Virus record (IMG/VR): IMGVR_UViG_3300028630_000295
Source of the DNA: an uncultured virus (IMG/VR IMGVR_UViG_3300028630_000295)
Taxonomy: Duplodnaviria; Heunggongvirae; Uroviricota; Caudoviricetes
Direction: 5' to 3' (one strand)
Length of the DNA stretch: 64,000 bases
The first letter of the stretch is position 1; every line of letters starts with the position of its first letter. The notes under the pieces are model-generated. The model ran no database searches. It saw nothing but the letters and a program-made list of their open reading frames with translations, and was not told the DNA's origin. The translations under genes and the position numbers were made by a program. This document shows, one piece after another, positions 10,316 to 18,980 of the stretch.

Positions 10316-10756
10316 ATGGAAGCAATAGATAGAGTTGAGCAACTATTAAAAGAGTTTGCTGATCAACGAGAAGCTTTAACGAAAATGGTAGATGAACTAG
10401 AATCTCTAAAATCTAAAATTGATAGATTATTTCCAGAAACTCTAGATAAGAGATATGCTAGATTTTTTGAGGAGAAGGTTAAATCAGCAACAGAGTTGTT
10501 TAAAGCTGTTCTCGATATTAGAAAAGAAATAATTAAAAGTCTTAAAGATGAGATTGAATTGAGAAAGAAATTTGAGATAAGAGTTGATAGTGATGAAGAT
10601 TTAGAAAAGTTTGTAGATGTCAGATCTCTTGCAAGAAAGATAGAAACTATTAATGAAAGTAATAACAAAAATAAAAAAGAAGAAAAAAATAAGATAGAAG
10701 AAGATGAAATGGATAAATTGACAATGGAAGCTGTGAAAGGAGAATTGCATTCATGA
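10316..10756 (+). CDS. Hypothetical coiled-coil protein
   Basis: Helical, charged ORF between RNR and RecA. Confidence 0.6.
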   Translation: MEAIDRVEQLLKEFADQREALTKMVDELESLKSKIDRLFPETLDKRYARFFEEKVKSATELFKAVLDIRKEIIKSLKDEIELRKKFEIRVDSDEDLEKFVDVRSLARKIETINESNNKNKKEEKNKIEEDEMDKLTMEAVKGELHS

Positions 10757-12018
10757 CAGAAGAAAAGAAAGAACTAGTGATTGATGATGAACTCGATACC
10801 ATAGGAGATGATTTAGTTGAAGAAACATCTCAACCATCAAAAACGGAAGTTGAAGAGATAGTTAAGAGTGTTGAACTAAAAAAGAGAGGTCCAAAGAAAA
10901 AGGATCTTCCAACACCAAATGAAGAAAAAACTTTAACTGAAAAAGAAGCAGTTGAAACACTAGACTCTAAAACAAAAGATCTATTTCATGAGTTCAATGC
11001 CTTTATTGAAAATAAAGCAGATGTAATTCAAGATACAGGTATTAAAGAAACAGTTCCAACTGGAATTGATGTTTTAGATGCTTTTATGGGTGGTGGTTTT
11101 GCAGTTGGTACGTTGGGTGTTGTTGTTGGTCAACCTGGAAGTGGTAAATCAATGATTGCTATTCAAGCAATTGGAGCAGCTCAAAGGAAGTTTAAAGGAA
11201 ATTGTTTAGCAGCATATTTGGATTCAGAAGAGGCAACAACTACAATCAGAATGGCAAACTTGGGTGTTAGATTTCCAAAACTAAAACCATATACAGACAT
11301 GACAGTTGAAAAGGTATTTAGGTTTATTGAAGGATTATGTCTATTTAAAGAAGAAAAGAAAATTATTGATACACCATCTGTTGTAGTATGGGACTCAATA
11401 GCTAATACTTTAAGTCAAAAAGAAAGAGAAATTGAAGATATCAATCAAGCAATTGGTTATAGGGGTAGAATGTTATCAGTTCTGATTCCTAAGTATGTTG
11501 CAAAACTATCTATGTATAATATATGTTTGGTTGCTGTAAATCAACTAAGAGATGTAATTCAAATCGGTCCATTTGCAGCAGCAAAAGATATGAAGTTTAT
11601 GACCACAGGAAAAGAAATGCCTGGAGGAAATGCTTTGAAATTTAATGCATTTCATCTTATGGAAATGAAAGTCAAATCTGTTGCTAATAAAGAAAAGATT
11701 GGTTTTGATGGTTTTATCTCTGAGATTAAATTCGTTAAAAATAAACTGTTTCCTCCAAATATTAAATTTGACATAGTTGGAGATTTTGTTACAGGATTTA
11801 ATAATTTCTGGACGAACTATATGTTTCTAGTTGAATGTGGTAGAATACAAACTGGTGCATGGAATACCTTAGTGGTCTATCCATCTAAGAAGTTTAGAAC
11901 AGTTCAAGCACTTGAAATGTATAATTCAGAACCAGAATTTAAAGCAGCATTTGATAGTGAAGTAAAGGAATCAATTCAAAAGGAAATTATTGATAAATAC
12001 AATCCAAAAATCGACTAG
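10753..12018 (+). CDS. RecA/UvsX-like recombinase with acidic N-terminal extension
   Basis: PTGIDVLD, GQPGSGKS, YLDSE, VWDSIA, VNQLR, PGGNALKF, VKNK. Confidence 0.9.
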   Translation: MTEEKKELVIDDELDTIGDDLVEETSQPSKTEVEEIVKSVELKKRGPKKKDLPTPNEEKTLTEKEAVETLDSKTKDLFHEFNAFIENKADVIQDTGIKETVPTGIDVLDAFMGGGFAVGTLGVVVGQPGSGKSMIAIQAIGAAQRKFKGNCLAAYLDSEEATTTIRMANLGVRFPKLKPYTDMTVEKVFRFIEGLCLFKEEKKIIDTPSVVVWDSIANTLSQKEREIEDINQAIGYRGRMLSVLIPKYVAKLSMYNICLVAVNQLRDVIQIGPFAAAKDMKFMTTGKEMPGGNALKFNAFHLMEMKVKSVANKEKIGFDGFISEIKFVKNKLFPPNIKFDIVGDFVTGFNNFWTNYMFLVECGRIQTGAWNTLVVYPSKKFRTVQALEMYNSEPEFKAAFDSEVKESIQKEIIDKYNPKID

Positions 12019-12031
12019 ATTGGAAGTAAAC

Positions 12032-12049
12032 TTAGAACAAATAATAAAG
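12032..12049 (+). promoter_or_regulatory. Candidate late/middle phage promoter TTAGAACAAATAATAAAG (representative copy)
   Basis: Related copies with GAAC starting at 3837, 4740, 8521, 20447, 28550, 34346 and 60837, mostly just upstream of genes. Confidence 0.6.
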
Positions 12050-12096
12050 TTGAATGAAGTACGAATAAGCAAATTCTTCGGGAGGAAAAATCTATT

Positions 12097-12405
12097 ATGG
12101 GGCAGGGAATCAAAGAACTACTCAAAAGTTATATCGAAAATACTGTAAAACTATTTGTTGATAACCCAAAAGAAATATCTGTAAATGTTGATATTTCGAC
12201 CAAGAATGTTATTGTTCAAGTTAAAACTAGTAAAAGCGATGTTGGAAAAGTTATTGGAAAGAAAGGTAGAAATATTGATGCTTTAAAAGTTATTGCACTT
12301 GCAATTAAAAACACACAATTCCCAGATGATAATAGAAGAGTATCATTGGAAATCCTGGAAGATGAAGGGTCAGGATTTAATAGGAAAAACAAGACGGGAG
12401 GATAA
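12097..12405 (+). CDS. Single-KH-domain RNA-binding protein (KhpA-like)
   Basis: FVDNPKEISV...DVGKVIGKKGRNIDALK (GxxG loop), ...VSLEI. Confidence 0.85.
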   Translation: MGQGIKELLKSYIENTVKLFVDNPKEISVNVDISTKNVIVQVKTSKSDVGKVIGKKGRNIDALKVIALAIKNTQFPDDNRRVSLEILEDEGSGFNRKNKTGG

Positions 12406-12411
12406 CTTAAA

Positions 12412-12969
12412 ATGAAGTTAAGTAAAGAGTCAAAAATTAGGATTCTAGAAAACTTTTACGCACTTGATTATGTTTTCTTTGGAAAGCCTGTCACAGAATC
12501 TACTGTTTGTTGCCCATTTTTCATTCAGGAATATCTGTCTGTTAAAGGGGCAATTTTATCAGTAATTATTGAAATGTTTAAGCTTGTTGAGCATAAACCA
12601 GAAGTTATCAGTGAAAGAGTAGATAGTAAGAATCTTCAAAAAATGGCAATCTCAACAGCAAAGTCTGCCAGAGCCAATTGTAAGAAGCTGGTAGTTACTG
12701 AAAAGGGAAAAGAAGATGTTAAGAATATGGTAAAGGAAGCTTTAAATGAATCTAAAGGTTCAGATGTAAAAATGGAAGATATCGTTCAGAAGAAAATTAG
12801 AGAGAAGTCATTTTCTCTGGCAGTTGATAATCTTCTTATTGCTAGAACAATCTCAGAATCTAAAGGTTACAAAAAGATGAATGAGTGGGAAGGGAAGATT
12901 CTGGAAGATGCTTATAAGATCCTAAGGGACCAGCTAGTTGAGTGTGCCCTAAATATCGTAGAGAACTAA
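12412..12969 (+). CDS. Hypothetical protein
   Basis: GGAGG RBS; helical; several (I/L)xE motifs. Confidence 0.6.
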   Translation: MKLSKESKIRILENFYALDYVFFGKPVTESTVCCPFFIQEYLSVKGAILSVIIEMFKLVEHKPEVISERVDSKNLQKMAISTAKSARANCKKLVVTEKGKEDVKNMVKEALNESKGSDVKMEDIVQKKIREKSFSLAVDNLLIARTISESKGYKKMNEWEGKILEDAYKILRDQLVECALNIVEN

Positions 12970-12970
12970 A

Positions 12971-13915
12971 TTGGATGAGTATACTAGACTATTACAATAT
13001 TTAGAAGATTATAATATTGGGACTGGTTCGAAAAAATGGGATACATTAGAGGAACCAGTTAAAGAAGTAGAAAAAGAAGAAGAAATAAAAACTGAGGAAT
13101 ATCAGGAACAACATCCTGGTATTCCTCAGCAACAAATCGAAGAACAGACATACTCATCTAAAGCATTTGATTCTGAAAAATATACTTCTTTAATGAGAAG
13201 TAAATTGATAGATGATTATAAAACGTTACAAAGTTATGAAAGACCTTATATAGCTGTTTCTGAATTGTACTCATGTTTAAGAAAAAATTATTACTATAGA
13301 TTAAAATATACAGTTGATCCAAAGGATTTATTTAAGTACTCAAAAGTGTACTTAATGCAAAAAGTTGGAAATGCTATTCACGAGGCGTTACAAGAAGTTT
13401 ATGATTTTACAGAAGTAAATAAAGCTGTTGTTAGTGAAAAGTATAAAGTTAAAGGTAAAATAGATGCTTTTAAGGATGGATTTGTATACGAGATAAAAAC
13501 ACTGGATGAAAATAAATTTTTAGGAACTTACTCAAAAGAACATTATTACCAAGGATTAATTTACTCATATATTTTAAATACTGAATATAATTATAGAATT
13601 GATACAGTAGTGTTGATCTATGTTTTTAGAGATAATTTAAAGAGAAATCCAGTAGCATTTGATTTACCCCTCGATAACGATCTGGCCAAATCCCTCCTTG
13701 AAAAAGCACTTCTATTACAAGATCATATTCAAAGAAAAGAAGTAATTGATCCTATTGGAGCAACAAAGGATCAGTGCCACTATTGTGAGTTTAAAAGTTT
13801 TTGCGCAAAAGATGGTGGACCTGTTCCTAAACCATATAAACAAAAAGATAAAAAAGTTGAGAAAAAACAACAAGAGAAAAAGCAGGAAAAGAAGACTGCA
13901 TTTCTCCTTGGATAA
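12971..13915 (+). CDS. Cas4-like PD-(D/E)XK exonuclease with Fe-S cysteines
   Basis: SCLRK, GNAIH, GKID, EIKT, QGLIY, CHYCEFKSFC. Confidence 0.8.
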   Translation: MDEYTRLLQYLEDYNIGTGSKKWDTLEEPVKEVEKEEEIKTEEYQEQHPGIPQQQIEEQTYSSKAFDSEKYTSLMRSKLIDDYKTLQSYERPYIAVSELYSCLRKNYYYRLKYTVDPKDLFKYSKVYLMQKVGNAIHEALQEVYDFTEVNKAVVSEKYKVKGKIDAFKDGFVYEIKTLDENKFLGTYSKEHYYQGLIYSYILNTEYNYRIDTVVLIYVFRDNLKRNPVAFDLPLDNDLAKSLLEKALLLQDHIQRKEVIDPIGATKDQCHYCEFKSFCAKDGGPVPKPYKQKDKKVEKKQQEKKQEKKTAFLLG

Positions 13916-14982
13916 TGGAGGAAGTTGAGATGATATATGTATACCCAATGTTAGCTTCTGAGAATATTTCACCAAATGTAATTCCTGGTATATGTAAAGT
14001 ATTAGAGAAGTTTGTTTTGTTATACAGACTAGATGATATACTTCATGATGCAAATAGACGAATTGGGTGGAGACATCTTGGATCTTTAGTTCAGGCTGGA
14101 CAGTCAATTGTATTTTCAAGAATAGGTGAATCAGAAAATCTTTCTGAAGAAGATTGGGAATTAAGAAAAGGAAGAGCAACACCACCACCAAAGACTCAAG
14201 CTGAAAAAGATGAAGAAAATTTAAGACAAATAGCTGTTGGTGGTGCTCAAGAATATGTTAAAGGTCAAATTAGACATCAACCAACAGACGTTTTTATGCC
14301 AAATGATAACTCATTATCAGTAGAACCAACATGGGTTAAAATTGATGGTGGAAGAACAGGATTACACCTTCTTGGTGTTAAAGTTATTTCCTTCCCATTT
14401 AAGACTACTGGTGCACTACCACCAACACTAGTATTTTCAAATGACCAAACTATCAAAGGACTTGAACATAAAATATTTAAATACTCAAGAAAGGCTACGA
14501 GAGCATTCTTCTCACTTTGTAGAGGTCTTAGAGTTCCTTTTATTAAAAGTAGAGCTCTTACTGGAGACATTGAAAAGGATATTCTGTGGGCAAGTACTGA
14601 GCATGGAAGAAATGTATTTACATTGTTTAGCAATATGGATGTTCAAGACAATGAAATGTTTAAATCTGCTGGTGGTGTAAAGAGAATGTTTGGTCTTGGA
14701 TGGACATCATTTATTGTAGCAGACGACGTAAATAAAAGAGTAACATTTTGTATGGATGAGTTTAAGGGACTTTGTTCAGTAGTTCTTTATCCATATTTAT
14801 TTGCAAGTCTTGGTCATTCAAGAGTATATGATAGTCTTGAAGATGTGAGAAAATCAGCAAGTCCATTCTTCAGAATGTCATCTAGTCCAACTAAAATGTT
14901 TGGAGAATCGCTTGCTTCAATTAAAGCTGGTGAGTATTTAGATACTTTATATCAATCTCAGTTTGAAGAAGAGGGTAAGTAA
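13915..14982 (+). CDS. Hypothetical protein
   Basis: Long ORF in the operon; no recognised motif. Confidence 0.65.
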   Translation: MEEVEMIYVYPMLASENISPNVIPGICKVLEKFVLLYRLDDILHDANRRIGWRHLGSLVQAGQSIVFSRIGESENLSEEDWELRKGRATPPPKTQAEKDEENLRQIAVGGAQEYVKGQIRHQPTDVFMPNDNSLSVEPTWVKIDGGRTGLHLLGVKVISFPFKTTGALPPTLVFSNDQTIKGLEHKIFKYSRKATRAFFSLCRGLRVPFIKSRALTGDIEKDILWASTEHGRNVFTLFSNMDVQDNEMFKSAGGVKRMFGLGWTSFIVADDVNKRVTFCMDEFKGLCSVVLYPYLFASLGHSRVYDSLEDVRKSASPFFRMSSSPTKMFGESLASIKAGEYLDTLYQSQFEEEGK

Positions 14983-15597
14983 ATGCAGGCTCAATCTCAG
15001 GTAGAAATTAAAAGTAATGTAGAAAAACTAGAACTATATACTGAGAATTATCCATTTAGTCTTCCACTGAGAATTAAAAATTTTGAGAATGAAGCAGACT
15101 ACAATAAGTTTATAAAGAACTGTGAAAAACTAATTCGTGGTAGTGTTGAATATAAACAATGGAGAAACTATATTACGGATGTTCTTCAGGTAAACTCTTG
15201 CTTTGTTACAAATGAGAGAATGGATGAATGTACACTTGAAATCCATCATCATGTTCCATCTCTATTTACTATGTTAAAAGCTATAGTAAATAAGAATATG
15301 GAAAAAGATGAAGCATTTTCTACATTTGATATTTGCATGGAAGCAATTGAAATTCACTTTGCAAATAAGGTTGGTTATATTGCTGTAATTTCTAGTATAC
15401 ATGAAAAGATCCATAATAATTGTCTTGAGATTCCAAGATCAATGATCCAGGGCGATTATATATGGTTTATTGAAAACTTCTCCAAATATTTAGATGATGA
15501 AGATTTAGATACAATAAATAGAAGATTATCAGTTGAAAATTCTGAGTTCGCATGGGGTAAAGATAATTATCCTGGTATTGCGGAGAATAAAAATTAA
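14983..15597 (+). CDS. Hypothetical protein with HNH-like His cluster
   Basis: CFVT...LEIHHH...SIHEKIH. Confidence 0.5.
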   Translation: MQAQSQVEIKSNVEKLELYTENYPFSLPLRIKNFENEADYNKFIKNCEKLIRGSVEYKQWRNYITDVLQVNSCFVTNERMDECTLEIHHHVPSLFTMLKAIVNKNMEKDEAFSTFDICMEAIEIHFANKVGYIAVISSIHEKIHNNCLEIPRSMIQGDYIWFIENFSKYLDDEDLDTINRRLSVENSEFAWGKDNYPGIAENKN

Positions 15598-15941
15598 TGA
15601 ATATTAATGATTATTTAGATTATATTCAGTTAGAACAAGTAGCAGCTGCAGCATATGAGTATCCTAGACCATATAACATATTAAGAACTTACTATAATTC
15701 ATGTGCTAGATCATGTGCTAGATTTGAAGGTGATAGACCACAAAGGAATATTTGTATATTAAATTGTAAAATAGCTGTAACCAAAAGAGAATTATTATTA
15801 ACAAAACAACAACTTCTTCAATGTGGAAGAGTTGGAAATTTGAGATGTCAGGATCAGGCTAAAAAGAAGATGATAAGGGTTAATAAAAAACTTCAAGCAA
15901 ATTTGAGTGCTTTGCAAAGATATAGAGCTAATTTAAAATAA
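15597..15941 (+). CDS. Hypothetical Cys-rich helical protein
   Basis: CxxxC pairs; starts MNINDYLDYIQLE. Confidence 0.55.
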   Translation: MNINDYLDYIQLEQVAAAAYEYPRPYNILRTYYNSCARSCARFEGDRPQRNICILNCKIAVTKRELLLTKQQLLQCGRVGNLRCQDQAKKKMIRVNKKLQANLSALQRYRANLK

Positions 15942-15952
15942 GGAAATAAAAG

Positions 15953-16342
15953 ATGATTACAATAGATCAAGAGAGTAAGAATAGAGCAAGACTGGCTATT
16001 GATTTAGACAATTTTGCTGATAGATATAAAACAGAAAATGGTTATTTTTCTTTTACGTCTCCAAGTTTATCAGTTATTGATAAACATTTATTTTATCTGT
16101 TGAGAAATGCAAAAGAAATCAATTTTGAACAGAAATACAAATGGAGACCAGATTATTTATCATATGACCAATACGGTACAGTTGCATTAAAGGAATTACT
16201 AATGTATGTTAACGGAGTTCAGTGTATTGAAGACTTCGATTTATCTACAGTAGTAATTCCTGATTTTAATGCTATAGTTGATATATGTAGAGATAAGTAT
16301 TCTAAAAAAGATCCCAATGATCTAGAACAGGTGGATTGGTAA
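15953..16342 (+). CDS. Baseplate wedge protein (T4 gp53/LysM-like)
   Basis: YKWRPDYLSYDQYGT...LMYVNG. Confidence 0.75.
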   Translation: MITIDQESKNRARLAIDLDNFADRYKTENGYFSFTSPSLSVIDKHLFYLLRNAKEINFEQKYKWRPDYLSYDQYGTVALKELLMYVNGVQCIEDFDLSTVVIPDFNAIVDICRDKYSKKDPNDLEQVDW

Positions 16343-17239
16343 ATGGTAGTAAAAGAAAAATTCACTCTACTCAAAAATGTTCCAAACACATTACATTTAT
16401 CAGCAGCTACTATCAAGGCTCATTCGGTTTCTGCTGGTCCCAGAAAAGTATTTGTTGTCTTAGAAATGTTAAAAGATAGAATAAATCATTATACTAAGGA
16501 TAGAGTTTTTTCTCTAATTTCTGATGTTAAAAAAAGAGATAAAACACTTGCTGTTGTAAAAATGTCTAATTATATTCTTCCTGTTTCGTATAATATTCCA
16601 ACTAAGCAAATAATTCTGAATATAACTCCATTTGATACAGATGATATATATCCAACAAAACCAGATCCAATCAATATTTATTCTAGTATTGTTTATGGAA
16701 TATGCTTTTCAGATTTAGTGAATAATAAAGTAAAGATTCCTGACTCATATTTTGCTCCAATTTCTAGTTATTTATTGAGTATGTTCATTAGGGTTTTTGG
16801 AAAGGAATATGGTCTTCTTGGAATGTATGCTACAGAAATAAATAAACTTAAGTTCTTAATATGTTGTTATATCATGACTTCATTCTTTGGAATGGAAGGA
16901 AAAGAAGTTTATACAAAAGCAACTACAGCATCTGCATTTGACTATAGAGATATTAAAGATAAATTAGATACATATAATTTTACAAATATTGAGGATTTGA
17001 TTAAAGCATTATCTGATCTTAAAGTGATGCCTGGATTAAATAGATTCCATTTTACTGAAAGACTATATAGATTCTTAGGTGTTGGATTTTTACCAGCTAT
17101 TGAGGACTTATCAAGATTTGTCTCAATTTTGACAGTATCTGCTATTACAGGATCTAATGTTGTTCCAACATTTATATACACATATAATGAAGGAGAGTTT
17201 AATAAAATTATAGATATTTCAAAGGGAATTTTTAAATAG
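16343..17239 (+). CDS. Hypothetical protein
   Basis: Long ORF among structural genes. Confidence 0.65.
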   Translation: MVVKEKFTLLKNVPNTLHLSAATIKAHSVSAGPRKVFVVLEMLKDRINHYTKDRVFSLISDVKKRDKTLAVVKMSNYILPVSYNIPTKQIILNITPFDTDDIYPTKPDPINIYSSIVYGICFSDLVNNKVKIPDSYFAPISSYLLSMFIRVFGKEYGLLGMYATEINKLKFLICCYIMTSFFGMEGKEVYTKATTASAFDYRDIKDKLDTYNFTNIEDLIKALSDLKVMPGLNRFHFTERLYRFLGVGFLPAIEDLSRFVSILTVSAITGSNVVPTFIYTYNEGEFNKIIDISKGIFK

Positions 17240-17250
17240 AGGATTTTTTA

Positions 17251-18150
17251 ATGCCAACTGATAAACTACTCGGTATGTATCGAGCGAAAGTTGTGGATAA
17301 TAATGATCCGCAAATGTTCGGTCGAGTTCAAGTCTGGATTCCTGATATAATGTCCGAACTACCTCAAGATAAAGGTTTGTGGGCACGTCCAGCGAATAAT
17401 CCTGCTGGAGGAAGAAATAATGAAACTCAGGGTGGTGATGATAACTATTATGCAGGAACAAGTTTTATACCAAAGAAAGGATCTTTTGTTTGGGTATTTT
17501 TTGAGGGTGGAAATGAAAATAGACCATACTATTTAGCAGCCTGTGATTTAGAGGGGGCAAAAGTTCTTCCTGAATGTCAACTTGGTTCAACACCTCAAAA
17601 CAAATGGGTTATTTTTAAATCACATGAAGGAAGATGTATTGTAGTGTCAGATGATCCAGATGATGAACGTGTCGAAATTACTGGAAAGAAAAGACAGTTA
17701 TCTAGTCCTCCAAGTGGAGATACAGGATCTGTCTATACAATTGATGGAAATCAAACCACAATTTTATTTGACGAAAAAGAGGGAAAGGAACAAATACTTA
17801 TAAGAACCCACCAAGGAGATTTTATTAAAGTTGATATTACAAATAGAAAATTAGAAGTATCATTTCAAGATGACATTATTATTAAAACAGTTGGAGATTT
17901 TCATTTGCATGCAAGTGGATTAGTAAATATTAAAGGTGATCTAGGAGTTAATATTATTGGTCTTGATGGAATAGTTAATTTTAATAAGAGTACATATCAG
18001 ACAGTTGGAAAATTGAGTGTCTTATCTACTGGATCTGGAATTAGTGCTGACTCATACGGCGGGAAGATTCTACTTAATAATGCTGATGCAACACCAGAAA
18101 CTGCGACTCCACCTGACGATCCATCTAGTGGAACAAGAGAAGGAGATTAA
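17251..18150 (+). CDS. Baseplate hub / central spike (gp5/VgrG OB-fold + beta-helix)
   Basis: YRAKVVDNNDPQMFGRVQVWIP...WA...P.KGSFVWVFFEGG...PYY; beta-strand repeats toward the C-terminus. Confidence 0.85.
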   Translation: MPTDKLLGMYRAKVVDNNDPQMFGRVQVWIPDIMSELPQDKGLWARPANNPAGGRNNETQGGDDNYYAGTSFIPKKGSFVWVFFEGGNENRPYYLAACDLEGAKVLPECQLGSTPQNKWVIFKSHEGRCIVVSDDPDDERVEITGKKRQLSSPPSGDTGSVYTIDGNQTTILFDEKEGKEQILIRTHQGDFIKVDITNRKLEVSFQDDIIIKTVGDFHLHASGLVNIKGDLGVNIIGLDGIVNFNKSTYQTVGKLSVLSTGSGISADSYGGKILLNNADATPETATPPDDPSSGTREGD

Positions 18151-18153
18151 TTT

Positions 18154-18906
18154 ATGGCAAATCCTCCTAGCCCATTTGGAGTAATGGTTCAGCAGACAGT
18201 ATGTCTTAAAATGGATGCGTCTATCAAATCTTTATTTGCAGCTATTGATGCAGCAAGATTAGCTGTTGTATCTGCTCTCAATGCAATTAAAGCATATATA
18301 AGAAGTATTATTGACCAACTAAATCCTGCTAGTAAAATAGCAGAAGCTTTGGCAGAATTTAACAGACAAGTAAACGAATTAATACCTGATCCTACAGATT
18401 ATCAAACAGTTAATAAAATGATTAGATCATGCTCTTATTTAGATACTAGTGATATATTTGCAAAACCAGCTTCTCTTTTAAAAGATACAATTGATGGAAT
18501 TATGGGTGTTGGTGGTTATATTGATGGTATGTTAAGTGATTTAGCAGCTGCTCTTGAAGTCCCAGAATTCATCGCTTCCAATATGTTATCTGGAATAGAA
18601 ACTCTATTTCAACAACTTGGAATATTATCAACAATAGATGAAATAAAAAAGATGATTCAATGTTTAAGCGTAGTTTGCGGAATGCCTGTTCAGGCTTATA
18701 TTAATAAACTATCTCAAATATATACAGATTTTTATTTGACTGAAACAGGTGATATAAATGTTGCACAACTAGTAGCTGATTCTGGAGTTCCATATGGAAA
18801 ACGTGGTCCTTTGATGGCAGCAATGTCTGGAGTAAAAGCAAAAAGGGTACAATTCAATACAATACTAGATAATGCTGTAGACTCGTTTAGATCTCTTGGT
18901 ATGTAA
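18154..18906 (+). CDS. Hypothetical, probably baseplate-associated
   Basis: Immediately follows the spike gene; Ala-rich helical. Confidence 0.55.
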   Translation: MANPPSPFGVMVQQTVCLKMDASIKSLFAAIDAARLAVVSALNAIKAYIRSIIDQLNPASKIAEALAEFNRQVNELIPDPTDYQTVNKMIRSCSYLDTSDIFAKPASLLKDTIDGIMGVGGYIDGMLSDLAAALEVPEFIASNMLSGIETLFQQLGILSTIDEIKKMIQCLSVVCGMPVQAYINKLSQIYTDFYLTETGDINVAQLVADSGVPYGKRGPLMAAMSGVKAKRVQFNTILDNAVDSFRSLGM

Positions 18907-18941
18907 CCCACCAGTTAGTTTCCCATATATCAACCCTCCTA

Positions 18942-18953
18942 CTATATATATAA
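18942..18953 (+). promoter_or_regulatory. CTATATATATAA motif (candidate early phage promoter)
   Basis: Identical 12-mer also at 28924; both copies intergenic and upstream of genes. Confidence 0.5.
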
Positions 18954-18980
18954 TACTCAAAAAGAGATGGAGGGTTTTCA

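Noticed and set aside
12971..13915. Cas4-like gene as evidence of a CRISPR-Cas system
   Set aside because: No cas1, cas2 or effector genes and no repeat-spacer array seen; solo Cas4-like nucleases are common in phages
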